Part shown: positions 1 through 9,430 of the stretch, piece by piece | Numbering within the stretch: the stretch's first letter is position 1 | Layout of the letters: every line of letters starts with the position of its first letter | From: an uncultured delta proteobacterium | GTDB lineage: Bacteria > Myxococcota_A > UBA9160 > UBA6930 | Assembly: GCA_963722885.1 (NCBI GenBank) | Contig: CAVROS010000037.1 | Span: forward strand, 79,138 to 143,137 | Direction of reading: 5' to 3' | Length of the DNA stretch: 64,000 nucleotides | Translations under genes and position numbers: made by a program | The notes under the pieces: model-generated | What the model saw: the letters and a program-made list of their open reading frames with translations, nothing else | Database searches by the model: none | What the model was told of the DNA's origin: nothing

Positions 1-1728
1 TCGATCCGCAGCCCCACTTCGGTCGCGTCGTAGAGAAGCCGCAGGGTGCGCTCGCCAATCTGAAGGCGAGCGGCGTGGGCGCGCTCTTCGCGAAGGGTGG
101 CGGCGATCACACGCCCGTCGAGGTGAACGCGGTACCTCCAGGAACCGATGGCGAAGACCTGGAGCCGATACTGCTCGCCGCCGTAGCTGAGATCGATCTG
201 CTGGCCTCGCGAGGGTGGAATGCGCTGGGGCGTGAGAGTCGAGGGATCCGCGTAGAAGTTGAGCTGGACTGCTGCCCGCGCCCGCTGGTAGGAGAGGATC
301 GCAGCGGCAATCAGGGCATCCACGGCGTGCTCGCCTTCCCGGGCGCGGGAGGCGGCGAAGCGATCCAGCCAGTCGGTGTCGACGCCGCCGGCGCGAAACT
401 CGGGGTCTTCGAGAATCTCGGTGAGGTAACCCTTGTTGGTGGCGCCCCCCTCGATCACCAGGTCGAAATCCGAGAGAGCGCAGGCCAGACGCGCGCGGGC
501 TTCTTCGCGGGTCTCACCGCTGGCGATCACCTTCGCGATCAGGGAATCGAAGGCAGCCGGCACCACACTGCCGGTGGCCACGCCGGTGTCGATGCGGACC
601 CGGGGACCGAAGGCCGGGTCGAAGCGAACGATGCGGCCCGGCGCCGGAGCGAAGCCGGCCTCGGGATCCTCGGCGCAGACACGCGCTTCGATGGCGACGC
701 CCTTCTGACGCACAGGAGTGTAGGAAAGAGGTTCTCCCCGCGCGATCTGTATCTGCATCCTCACCAGGTCGCTTCCGGTGATCTCCTCGGTGACGCCGTG
801 CTCCACCTGGAGGCGTGGATTCATCTCGAGGAAGTAGTACCCGTCTGCCCGTCACCAGGAACTCGACGGTCCCCAAGCCCTCGTACTTCACCATCGCGGC
901 GATGCGGACCGCGGCCTCCTGCAAGGACTCGACCAGCGCCTCGGAGATGCCGGGAGGCGGCGCCTCCTCGAGCAGCTTCTGGTGACGACGCTGGACCGAG
1001 CATTCCCGGCAGCCGAGGGCGAGCACGACGCCCCCCCGATCGCCGGCGATCTGCACCTCGACATGGCGCCCGAACTCGACCCGCTTCTCCAGGAACAGGC
1101 GCCCGTCGCCGAAGGAGGCTTGCGCCTCCGCGGCAGCGGACCGAAAGGCCTCGGAGAGCGCTCCGGGCTCGTCGACGACGCGGATTCCCCGGCCGCCACC
1201 GCCGGCGCGGGCCTTGATCACCACCGGGTAGCCAATCGCCTCGGCTGCGATCCGGGCCTCCTCCGGATCGGCCGCCGCCAGGCCGCTCCAGGGCAAGACC
1301 GGCACATTCGCCGACTCCGCCAGCCGCTTGGCGGCGATCTTGTCACCGAGGAGATGGAGCGCATCCGCCGATGGCCCCAGGAAGCAGATGCCCTCGGAGA
1401 CCAGACGCTCGACGAAGACGGGATCCTCCGCCACGAAGCCCCAGCCCGGCCAGACGGCATCGGCATCCACCCGATGCAACGTCTCCACCAGAAGGTCGTG
1501 GTCGAGATAGGCGGCGGCCTCGCTCCCCGTCACCGGAACGGGAAGCTCCACCGCCAGATCCGCGTGGCGGACGAAGGGTGCGTCTCGATCCACATCAGTG
1601 TATAGAGCGACTGCGCTGATCCGCGAGCCTTCCTGGGCGCGCAGGGATTTGACGGAGCGGATGCAACGCATCGCGGCTTCACCGCGATTCACGATCGCGA
1701 GACGATGGATGGAGTCGCGGGGATTCAC
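1..1728 (-). CDS. Biotin carboxylase (ATP-grasp) N-terminal part of a biotin-dependent acyl-CoA carboxylase. The gene continues past the window start and has one frameshift as assembled (~841-852).
   Basis: GTG start at 1728. ORF 514-1728 reads RLAIVNRGEAAMRCIRS, GYPVVIKARAGGGGRGIRVV, ECSVQRRHQKLLEEAPPP, GTVEFLV. Homology then continues in another frame of the same strand (DGYYFLEMNPRLQVEHGVTEEITGSDLV ... IEGGATNKGYL) and stays open to nt 1. Confidence 0.9.
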
Positions 1729-1761
1729 GCGCCGGTGCCCCGCTCCTGGCAGGCGAGATCC

Positions 1762-2526
1762 CTAGCCACCGTACATGCCTCCGTTTACGTGGATCACGCT
1801 GCCGTTCACGTAGCTCGCACGGGTCACGAGCCAGCAGACCACCTCGGCCACCTCCTCCGGTGTGCCGAGCCGGCCCTGGGGGATCCGCGCGATGATCGCC
1901 TGGCGGATCTCCTCGGGAAGGGCCGCGGTCATCTCGGTCTCGATGAAGCCCGGAGCGACGGAGTTGACCAGGATCGGTCGCCCGGCGAGTTCCTGGGCCA
2001 GGGACTTGGTGAGCGCGTCGAAGCCCGCCTTCATCATGGTGTAGGGCGACTGGCCGCGATTGCCGGTGTGCCCGACCACGCTGGAGATGTTGACGATGCG
2101 CCCGCCGTCCTGTCGCAGCATGAATCGGCGCAGGACGAGCTTGGTCAGGTACCAGGTGCCCCGAGCGACGGCGGCGACCGAGTCGTAGTCGTCGAGCTTC
2201 ATCAGGGGAAGGGGCGCGTTGACGTTGTAGCCGGCGTTGTTGACCAGCACGTCGATCCGACCCGTCTCCTCTTTGAGTCCCTTGATCAGCGCATCGATCT
2301 CTTCGGATCGGGCGAGGTCGGCCTTCACCGCGCATGCGTCGGGAAGCTCCTCGACCAGCTCCCTCGCCGCCGCTTCGCTCGAGCGGTAGTGGACGACGAC
2401 GCGAAACCCCTCCGCAGCCAGCGCCCGGGCGCATGCAGCGCCGATCCCCGTCGCGGCGCCCGTCACCAGCGCCACCTTGGCGCCACTTCCCCCACCGGGC
2501 GCCTTCACCGGGTGCCGATCGCTCAC
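1762..2526 (-). CDS. Short-chain dehydrogenase/reductase, 3-oxoacyl-ACP reductase (FabG)-like
   Basis: Intact 254-aa ORF. It has the Rossmann motif VTGAATGIG, NNAG, and the catalytic S...YxxxK pattern (ISSVVG ... SPYTMMKAG). Confidence 0.9.
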   Translation of the reverse strand: MSDRHPVKAPGGGSGAKVALVTGAATGIGAACARALAAEGFRVVVHYRSSEAAARELVEELPDACAVKADLARSEEIDALIKGLKEETGRIDVLVNNAGYNVNAPLPLMKLDDYDSVAAVARGTWYLTKLVLRRFMLRQDGGRIVNISSVVGHTGNRGQSPYTMMKAGFDALTKSLAQELAGRPILVNSVAPGFIETEMTAALPEEIRQAIIARIPQGRLGTPEEVAEVVCWLVTRASYVNGSVIHVNGGMYGG

Positions 2527-2607
2527 GATGCCATCCCTCCACCCCGGAGACTAGCCCGCCTCACCACACGCGCCTTCAGCTCCTGCTACGCGCTTCGAGC
2601 CCCGCCA

Positions 2608-2675
2608 CCGGGACGTTCCTTGCGTTCTTGCGTTTTCGGCATGCCGAAAACGCAAGAACGCAAGGAACGTCCCGG
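2608..2675. repeat. 68-bp perfect palindrome (REP/REPIN-like hairpin element), copy 1
   Basis: Read directly: CCGGGACGTTCCTTGCGTTCTTGCGTTTTCGGCA | TGCCGAAAACGCAAGAACGCAAGGAACGTCCCGG, symmetric about 2641/2642. It is intergenic, 4 nt beyond the stop of the SDR gene ending at 2680 and about 80 nt upstream of the FabG-like start at 2526. Confidence 0.95.
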
Positions 2676-2679
2676 ATTG

Positions 2680-3448
2680 CTAGCCCATCCAGGCTCCGTT
2701 ATTGGGGTCCAGGGCCTGACCGGTGAAGGCCACACCGCCCTCGGAGACGAGGAACTCGACCAGGGCCGCGATCTCGTCGGGTTCGCTCATGCGCTGGAGG
2801 GGCACCGCCTCCACCATCTCCTTCCGGACCTCTCCGTAGGCCTGCCCCTGCTCGGCGGCGATCTCCTCCATTCTCTCCACCGCCATCTGCGTCTCCACCC
2901 AGCCGGGACAGATCGCGTTCACCAGCACCCGCTTGGGGGCGAGCTCCACGGCCAGGGAGCGGACCAGACCGAGCTGGCCCGCCTTGGCGGCGCTGTAGGC
3001 CGAGATGCCGGGCACGCCGAAGCGTGCCACGCAGGAGGAGATCACCACGACGTGGCGCGGATCCGAGCCCTGCTCCATGGACTCCTCGAACGCCCGAATG
3101 CAGAAGTAGGCCCCGTCCAGGTTGGCGCGCACGATCTCGTCCCAGCGATCGCCCTCGCCGAGGTCGTTGGGTCCGCCGATCCCGGCGTTTGCCACCAGGA
3201 TGTGCAGGGGGCCGAGTCTGCGCCGCTGCCGAGCGGAACACCTCTTCCACCTGCGAGCGCACCGCCACGTCGACGCTCGCGCAGACTGCCTCGCCCCGCG
3301 CCTCGCCGGCGACCGTCTCCAGCTTCTCGAGTGTTCGCCCCAGCAGGACGAGCTTCGCTCCGCGCTGCGAGAGCCGTAGTGCGATCGCCCGTCCGATCCC
3401 GGACCCCGCACCGGTCACCACGGCGGTGCGTCCCGTGAGATCGACCAT
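2680..3448 (-). CDS. SDR family oxidoreductase, one frameshift as assembled (~3225-3235)
   Basis: The N-terminus MVDLTGRTAVVTGAGSGIGRAIA (ATG at 3446-3448, preceded by GGAGGAG) lies in the frame of ORF 2699-3514. The remainder (LGPLHILVANAGIGG ... ISAYSAAKAG ... VNAICPGWVET) lies in the frame of ORF 2680-3411. Confidence 0.85.
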
Positions 3449-3452
3449 CGGC

Positions 3453-6278
3453 CTAGTCTCCTCCAATCCCGACCTCTGCCAGAACTCTGGAGAGGTCCCC
3501 GGCCGTCGCCACACTGACGTGGTTGCCCGGGGGCAGGGCCTGCTCCAATCGCCGAAAGTAGCCCTTGTCCGTGCGCCCCTCGACGATCACCACGATGCCG
3601 CGATCCTCCTCGGTCCGGATCAGCCTTCCGACCATCTGCTTCAGGTTCAGCAGCATCCTTCCCATGGTACAGCGGTGAAATGCGGCGATCCCCTGGCTTT
3701 CGAGTCGGCGTTCGCGACGCTTGCGAAGCTCCGTCGGCACTTCGAAGGGGAGCTTCTCGATCACCACCGCCTGGAGACTGTCGCCGGGGATGTCGATCCC
3801 CTGCCAGAACTTGCGCGCTCCGAGCAACACGGCGGCGCCGCGCACGAAGCGCGTGACGAGAGCGCCCGGGTCGTCGGAGGCCCGCCGCGGCGCGAGGACG
3901 TCGATTCCCTCCTCGCGGAGCCGTGTCGAGAGCTCGTCGTTCACCTCGTACATGCGGCGCAGACTCGTGAACAGGCCCAGGGTGCGGCCGCCGAGCTGCC
4001 GGGCCAGGGATTCGAGCACCGCCGTCGTCTCGTCGACGAGATCGGCGCCACCCTCCAGCGCGACGACTCGCATGTGCTCGGTGTACGGGAACGGGCTCGG
4101 CACCGAGTCTCGCTGGAGGCGTTCGCCGGCCCGGTCTTCGATCTCCAGATCGCCCAGGGCTGCAAAGGCGTCGTCGGCCACGAAGAGGCTCGCCGAGACT
4201 CCGGCAAAGGATCGCAGCCCGTCGACGAAGTTCGCGTGGAAGGAGTCGGCCGGGGAGACCTGACGAACCATCAGGCGCCAACGGTCGAAGGGAGCCAGAA
4301 CGCCTTCGAAGCCCGCCACCGCTTCGGGGCGGCCCTCCTCGAAGGCGAGGCGCAGGGCCTCCGCGGCGCTGCGAAGATCCCCGATGCTGCGATCCAGGGC
4401 GGTGGCACCTGCCTCGGTGGGGCCGCCCGCGGCAGCGGCGTCCGCGACCTGATCGAGCCGGTCGGCGACGCGGCTCGCGACCGCCGACGCCGACGCCAGG
4501 CGTGGCCCACGGGGATCCGGAACCTGAACCTCGCCGAAGTCACCGGCGTCGTCGGCCAGCGCGCGCCCCAGCGCGACGAACTCCTGGGAGATCTCCCGGC
4601 GCCACGCCCGCGCGTCGGCCTCCAGTGTCCGGCGCGTGCCGGGAGGGAGCAGGGAATCTCGGCGCCTTCTCCGCCCCGCGCCCGGGCGCCCAAAGATCTC
4701 GTCGAAGCGCTCGAGGATCTCCTCCGGAGACAGATCCAGCGCGTAGACCTCGTCCGCCACCTGGGCCAACTCGTGAACTTCGTCCACGATCACATGCTCG
4801 AAGCGGGGGTAGTCCGGAGGCCAGCGCAGCACCAGATCGTGATTTGCGACGATCAGATCCGCACCTCCGAGGGCGGCGCGGCGACGACCCAGAGGACAGC
4901 TCTTTTCAGCCGCGCACTGCTCCCGCGAGCACTGCTCCGCCCTTGCCGCCACGGCGCGGCGCAAGAGCGACCGCAGCGGCGGATAGCGGCGCAGCAACGC
5001 TGCCGGAACGCTCCCAATCTCGCCGTGGGGACGAATCCGGGCGCAGGTCTCCAGTACCGCGTACGCCAGGCGGTCTTCCGGGAAGATGCTCTGTTCCCTG
5101 CCCTCGTCGAGCGCGAGCGCGAGACGTCGGGCACAGGCGTAGTTCGCTCGACCCTTGATCGAGACCGCCCGGAGCTCCGGGTACCCCAGGAAGCGCGCAG
5201 CGGCGCCGATGTCGCGATTCAGCAGCTGATCCTGGAGGAGCTTGGTGCGAGTCGAGATCACCAGGGGGGAGGATTCTTCAGCGGCCGCGCGCTCGATCGT
5301 GAAGGGAATCGCCGCCGCCAGGTAGGCCAGGGACTTTCCGATCCCCGTGCCTCCCTCCGCCAGCAGGATCTCCTCGTCGGCCAGGTTCCGCGTGAAGCGC
5401 CTGGCCAGCCGGATCTGCTCCTGGCGAACCCGATAGTCGGGGAAGTGGCGGCGCCCACGAGCTTCGTCCGCCAGTGCTGCGGCGATGGCCTCCTCGTCGA
5501 AGGGAACCGGCGGCTCCCGGGTCTCGCCGATCTCGACGAACTCGGACTCCAGCCGATCCGCTACCGGGCCGCTCGGCTCGGCGAGGAGCGCCAGCCACTG
5601 GGTTTCCGGTGCGAAGCTCTCGAGGGCCCGGCGAGCCGTCTGGTAGCGGGCCTCGCCCCGCGCCGAGCCGGCGCCAATGCGGGAGATGATGCGCGCCGTA
5701 TCGAGCGCGTCATCCAGGGCTCGGTGGTGCTCTTCTTCCCCGAGCAGGATCCGGGTGAACGACTCGAGGCGGAGGTCCGGCGCGTCCGGATGGGTCAACG
5801 CGAGCAGGTCCAGGGTGTCCAGGAAGCTGGCCTTGGCGAGCCCCGGGGAGACGAATTTGGAGAGGAAGGCGCGCTCGAACTCGGCATTGTGGGCGATGAT
5901 GACGCGCCCTTCGAGGGCCGAGCGGAAGCTCGACACCACCTCGGCGAGGAGCGGCGCGTCGCGGACGTCGTCGTCGCAGAGCCCGGTGAGCCGCTTCACC
6001 GCCCGGGGCAGCGCACCTCTGGGACGGAGCAGCGTGCGGAGGGTGACGACGTGGGGAAGATCCGGATCGACGAGCAGCGCGCCGAACTCGAGGATCTCCG
6101 CGTCACCGTCCGACGCCAGGCCGGTGGTCTCCAGGTCCACCACGGCGAACGGGCCCAGCCAGGCGGCGAAACCCGCCAGCACCTCGGCGTCGAGCCCGAG
6201 GGCACCGGGCTCGCTCACCACCTGCTCGATCGCTCGACCTCGATCCGCGCTAGACGTAGGTACCACCTTTGAACTCAC
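3453..6278 (-). CDS. dinG: DinG-family ATP-dependent DNA helicase with an N-terminal DnaQ-like 3'-5' exonuclease domain
   Basis: Intact 941-aa ORF. It has DEDDh exonuclease motifs (VVDLETTGL, IAHNAEFERAFL, HRALDDAL), Walker A LAEGGTGIGKSLAYL, a DEAH-like box VIVDEVHEL, and C-terminal helicase motifs (FWQGIDIPG, GRLIRTEEDRG). Confidence 0.9.
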   Translation of the reverse strand: MSSKVVPTSSADRGRAIEQVVSEPGALGLDAEVLAGFAAWLGPFAVVDLETTGLASDGDAEILEFGALLVDPDLPHVVTLRTLLRPRGALPRAVKRLTGLCDDDVRDAPLLAEVVSSFRSALEGRVIIAHNAEFERAFLSKFVSPGLAKASFLDTLDLLALTHPDAPDLRLESFTRILLGEEEHHRALDDALDTARIISRIGAGSARGEARYQTARRALESFAPETQWLALLAEPSGPVADRLESEFVEIGETREPPVPFDEEAIAAALADEARGRRHFPDYRVRQEQIRLARRFTRNLADEEILLAEGGTGIGKSLAYLAAAIPFTIERAAAEESSPLVISTRTKLLQDQLLNRDIGAAARFLGYPELRAVSIKGRANYACARRLALALDEGREQSIFPEDRLAYAVLETCARIRPHGEIGSVPAALLRRYPPLRSLLRRAVAARAEQCSREQCAAEKSCPLGRRRAALGGADLIVANHDLVLRWPPDYPRFEHVIVDEVHELAQVADEVYALDLSPEEILERFDEIFGRPGAGRRRRRDSLLPPGTRRTLEADARAWRREISQEFVALGRALADDAGDFGEVQVPDPRGPRLASASAVASRVADRLDQVADAAAAGGPTEAGATALDRSIGDLRSAAEALRLAFEEGRPEAVAGFEGVLAPFDRWRLMVRQVSPADSFHANFVDGLRSFAGVSASLFVADDAFAALGDLEIEDRAGERLQRDSVPSPFPYTEHMRVVALEGGADLVDETTAVLESLARQLGGRTLGLFTSLRRMYEVNDELSTRLREEGIDVLAPRRASDDPGALVTRFVRGAAVLLGARKFWQGIDIPGDSLQAVVIEKLPFEVPTELRKRRERRLESQGIAAFHRCTMGRMLLNLKQMVGRLIRTEEDRGIVVIVEGRTDKGYFRRLEQALPPGNHVSVATAGDLSRVLAEVGIGGD

Positions 6279-7896
6279 GATCCTGACGGATCACTACGTT
6301 CACCAGCGCCGGCTTGCCGGACGCGGCGGCGCGATCGAGTGCCGGGCGAAGCTCCTCCGGGCGTTCCACGAGCTCGCCGTGACCTCCCATGGCCTCGACG
6401 ATCTTGTCGTAGCGCGTGTAGTCGAGCAGCGTGGCCGAGAGCCGGTCCCAGCCGTAGACGGCACCCTGGGGACGCATCATCTGACCCCAGGCGCCGTCAT
6501 TGCCGACCACGCCGATGATGGGCAGACGGAAGCGAACCGCGGTGTCGAACTCGAAGCCGTTCAGGCCAAAGGAGCCGTCGCCGTAGACGATCACCACGCG
6601 CCGATCCGGTTGGGCCAGCTGAGCCGCGAGTGCGAAGGGCATCCCGACACCGAGGGTGCCGAGGGGTCCGGGATCCATCCAGGCGCCCTCGCGCTTGACC
6701 GGCAGGATCTTCGCGGCCGTCGCCACGATGTCGCCACCGTCGCCGATCACGATCGGATCTTCGAATGTCTCGAGCCAGTCGCGCACCTCGCGGCACATGC
6801 GCTGGGGGTCGACGGGAACCGCGTCACTGTTGAGCATCGCCTCGACCTGCTTCTCGGCCTCGATCTCGATCTCGCGCAGCGAATCGCGGAAATCGGAGAA
6901 GTCGAGCTGCACCCCACGGTTCTTCATCTCCTCCAGGAGCATCTCGAAGGAATTGGCGAGGTTTCCGACCAGGCCCACGTCGGATTGACGGTTCTGGCCG
7001 ATCAGCGTCGCATCCATCTCGAGCTGAATGATCTTGGCGTCGGTGGGAATCGTCTTGCCGAAGCGCATGCGGAAGTCGAGAAGCGTGCCGGCCAGGATGA
7101 TGCAGTCGGTCTGCTTGAGGGCGTCCCGGCGCGAGCGATTGCCGAACTCGGGGGAGTCCGGCGGAATCGTTCCGCGCCCCATCCCGTTGGTGTAGGAGGG
7201 AATGTGAATCTCGCGGATGAAGCGGTTCATCGGCTCGCTGGCCCGGGACCACTTGACGCTGGTGCCGGCCATGAGCATGGGCTTGCGCGCCTGTCCGAGC
7301 AGCTCGATGGCGCGGCGGACCTCCTCGCGGTCGGGAGAGAGCCGGGGCGAATCGGTGCGAATGCGCGGAATCTGGACCTGGTCGTCCTCCACCTGTGCCA
7401 TGAAGACGTCCATCGGGATCTCGAGGTAGGCCGGACCGGGAATCCCCGACACGGCGTGGCGAACCGCCAGCTCGATGTACTCGGGAATCCGCTGGGTCTG
7501 ATAGACGGTGTCGGCGTACTTGGTGATGGGCCGAACCACACCGATGTGATCCATTTCCTGGAGCGAACCGCGGCGCAGATTTTCGAAAGGGCCCTGGCCA
7601 CCAAAAACGAGGATGGGGGAGTTGGCGCGCCAGGCGTTGGCGATACCCGTGATACCGTCGGTGACACCCGGTCCGGCGGTGATGGCCGCCACGCCGATCG
7701 AACCCGGCCTGCAGCGCGCCCATGCGTCTGCAGCGTGGACCGCAGCTTGCTCGTGACGCACGTCGATGATTCTGATGCCCTCGTCGATGCAGCCGTCGTA
7801 GAGGGGCATGATGTGGCCGCCGGGAAGGGTGAAGACGATCTCGACGCCGGCTGCCTTGAGGGCCTTGGCCGCGAGCTTTCCGCCATGCAGAGGCAT
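6250..7896 (-). CDS. Thiamine-pyrophosphate-dependent enzyme of the acetolactate synthase / oxalyl-CoA decarboxylase / 2-hydroxyacyl-CoA lyase family
   Basis: Intact 548-aa ORF. The N-terminal TPP-pyrimidine domain reads AKALKAAGVEIVFTLPGG ... AITAGPGVTDGITGIANA. The C-terminal TPP-binding motif reads IVYGDGSFGLNGFEFDTAVRFRLPIIGVVGNDGAWG. Its 3' end overlaps the dinG start by 29 nt. Confidence 0.85.
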   Translation of the reverse strand: MPLHGGKLAAKALKAAGVEIVFTLPGGHIMPLYDGCIDEGIRIIDVRHEQAAVHAADAWARCRPGSIGVAAITAGPGVTDGITGIANAWRANSPILVFGGQGPFENLRRGSLQEMDHIGVVRPITKYADTVYQTQRIPEYIELAVRHAVSGIPGPAYLEIPMDVFMAQVEDDQVQIPRIRTDSPRLSPDREEVRRAIELLGQARKPMLMAGTSVKWSRASEPMNRFIREIHIPSYTNGMGRGTIPPDSPEFGNRSRRDALKQTDCIILAGTLLDFRMRFGKTIPTDAKIIQLEMDATLIGQNRQSDVGLVGNLANSFEMLLEEMKNRGVQLDFSDFRDSLREIEIEAEKQVEAMLNSDAVPVDPQRMCREVRDWLETFEDPIVIGDGGDIVATAAKILPVKREGAWMDPGPLGTLGVGMPFALAAQLAQPDRRVVIVYGDGSFGLNGFEFDTAVRFRLPIIGVVGNDGAWGQMMRPQGAVYGWDRLSATLLDYTRYDKIVEAMGGHGELVERPEELRPALDRAAASGKPALVNVVIRQDREFKGGTYV

Positions 7897-8011
7897 TTTT
7901 TGATCCCCGTGGGTGGAGTGGGTTGGAGGGGATCGACGATATCACCGCGCCTCTGGGGCGGCCAACGGGCGGCGGCACCTGTCGCGGAGGCGTAGCGGAG
8001 GAATACCGGGA

Positions 8012-8040
8012 CAGGCGTGAGCGAGGCGCTCACGCCTGTT
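8012..8040 (-). terminator. Possible stem-loop terminator downstream of pal
   Basis: ACAGGCGTGAGCG-AGG-CGCTCACGCCTGT forms a 13-bp stem about 30 nt after the pal stop. There is no clear U-tract on the minus strand, so function is uncertain. Confidence 0.35.
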
Positions 8041-8072
8041 TCCGGCGAGCGATCTGGGTGCCGCGCTGGGCT

Positions 8073-8603
8073 CTAGCGCATCACGCGGTGTTCAGCGCGG
8101 CGGTTCCACTTCCAGGCCGCCTCGTCGTGTCCCTGTACCGCGGGCTTGCTCTCACCGAAGCTCACCGTGTCGACGCGCGAGGCGGCGACACCCGAGTTCA
8201 CCAGGTACTGCTTGACGGAGTTGGCGCGGCGCTCGCCCAGGGCGAGGTTGTACTCTTCCGTCCCCCGCTCATCGGTGTGCCCCTCGACGACGACGATCCG
8301 CCAGTCCTGGTGCTCCTCGACGGCGCTCGCATTCGATCGCATCGCGGGCTTCTGATCGTCCCGGATCACTGCGCGGTCGAAGTCGAAGTAGACAGCCTGG
8401 AGCTCTGACACCTCGAAGGCGCCCGACTCGTCGCCGGAGAGGGAGCCACTTCCACCGAGCCCTCCCTCCGAGAACTCACTGTCGCCAGTGCCCTTGCCTT
8501 CGTCGTCATCCGAGCCGCCGAACATCGCGCACCCGGTTGCCATGCTTAAGGCCGCGGTAGCCAAGACCACCGCGGCGAACCACGAGACGAATCGTCGCTG
8601 CAT
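8073..8603 (-). CDS. pal: Peptidoglycan-associated lipoprotein (OmpA-family C-terminal domain)
   Basis: Start taken at the internal MQRRFVSWFAAVVLATAALSMATGC (lipobox ATGC). The OmpA-like domain reads VYFDFDRAVIRDD ... VVVEGHTDERGTEEYNLALGERRANSVKQYL. Confidence 0.9.
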   Translation of the reverse strand: MQRRFVSWFAAVVLATAALSMATGCAMFGGSDDDEGKGTGDSEFSEGGLGGSGSLSGDESGAFEVSELQAVYFDFDRAVIRDDQKPAMRSNASAVEEHQDWRIVVVEGHTDERGTEEYNLALGERRANSVKQYLVNSGVAASRVDTVSFGESKPAVQGHDEAAWKWNRRAEHRVMR

Positions 8604-8805
8604 GCGCTTCTCAATCCCCCCATACCTTGGTCGGCGCGGCGGATCGCCCGGCGGCCCGCCTCGCAAAGCCCCGGTGTGCATCCCTACGCACACCGCGGCG
8701 CCTGTCCCAGAAACATTGTGAAGACTCATAGCGAAGCATGCAAGGCCAAGCCTGCGTGATCCTCACCACGAAACACGTGAAAGCGATGGGATTCCCCTAC
8801 GAGTT

Positions 8806-9258
8806 TCAGCATTCCAGGCTTTCCGCCGAGCCGACGAAGCGAACGGCTTCGAGGACAGCCTCACCAAAGATCTCGGTGTCGGGAAAGGAGAGCGAGGCCA
8901 CGCCGTCGGCGGCGAGGGACTCGATACAGGGATTGCAGCTCTCCGGACCGACGCCCAGCTGGATCGCCTTGGCGATCCGCATGGCGTCCTCACCGGGCTG
9001 CGCTTCCATCCGGCAGACCACGCAGACGGATCCTCTCACCTCGACGGCCAGATCGAAGGCGATGCTGCGAGCTCCTTCGGGCTCGCCGACCTGGGCGGCA
9101 AAGGCGCGCTCAACGCGACCCCAGGCCAGGAGAAATCGTTCACTCCCACGACGGTAGAGCACACCCCGCTCGGTCGGCTTGGCGCCGGGAAGGAGATGAA
9201 CGCGATACCGTGAAGGGACCTCGAACGCGACGGCGTCCTCGGCCAGAGGCTTCAGCAC
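8806..9258 (-). CDS. Hypothetical protein (~150 aa)
   Basis: Open frame with normal amino-acid composition. I place the start at GTG 9256-9258, preceded by GAGGAA, so that the CDS does not read through the palindromic repeat. I recognise no family. Confidence 0.55.
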   Translation of the reverse strand: MLKPLAEDAVAFEVPSRYRVHLLPGAKPTERGVLYRRGSERFLLAWGRVERAFAAQVGEPEGARSIAFDLAVEVRGSVCVVCRMEAQPGEDAMRIAKAIQLGVGPESCNPCIESLAADGVASLSFPDTEIFGEAVLEAVRFVGSAESLEC

Positions 9259-9308
9259 GGGGGATTCCTCGCTAGCCCCTACATCGGCCGGCGACGAGCC
9301 CACCTTGA

Positions 9309-9376
9309 CGGGGACGTTCCTTGCGTTCTTGCGTTTTCGAGGTATCGAAAACGCAAGAACGCAAGGAACGTCCCCG
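9309..9376. repeat. REP/REPIN-like hairpin element, copy 2 (32-bp stem, 4-nt loop)
   Basis: CGGGGACGTTCCTTGCGTTCTTGCGTTTTCGA-GGTA-TCGAAAACGCAAGAACGCAAGGAACGTCCCCG. It shares an identical 29-nt arm core (GGGACGTTCCTTGCGTTCTTGCGTTTTCG) with copy 1. It lies between the divergent hypothetical gene and thiI. Confidence 0.95.
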
Positions 9377-9430
9377 CCGGTCTGCGCGCTCCTCGGCTCC
9401 CGCCGAGCCGCGCTTGCTACCCTCGGAGCC

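Noticed and set aside
3024-6272. Very long ORFs antisense to well-supported genes. Examples are 3024-6272 (+), 5677-7995 (+), 22916-25045 (-), 42290-43924 (-), 38866-40242 (-) and 25414-26991 (-).
   Set aside because: Their translations are dominated by Arg/Pro/Gly/Ser/Ala runs with no recognisable motifs. Each mirrors a gene with strong family signatures on the other strand. Long open antisense frames are expected at this GC content.
3453-6278. The DinG helicase considered as part of a defence system (type IV CRISPR CasDinG or similar).
   Set aside because: It has the housekeeping-type DnaQ-exonuclease plus DinG architecture, and its neighbours are metabolic genes. There are no csf/cas genes, CRISPR array, nuclease or methylase partners.
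8073-8603. pal without adjacent tolB or tolQRA, considered as an anomaly.
   Set aside because: OmpA-domain lipoproteins frequently occur outside tol clusters. The tol genes may simply lie elsewhere in the genome.
9305-9430. N-terminal extension of the thiI ORF (MTGTFLAFLRFRGIENARTQGT..), and similar peptides at 2334-2726 and 8806-9546 that read through the palindromic repeats.
   Set aside because: The same peptide arises only because the ORFs traverse copies of the intergenic palindrome. A GTG start with an RBS downstream of the repeat gives a normal ThiI N-terminus.
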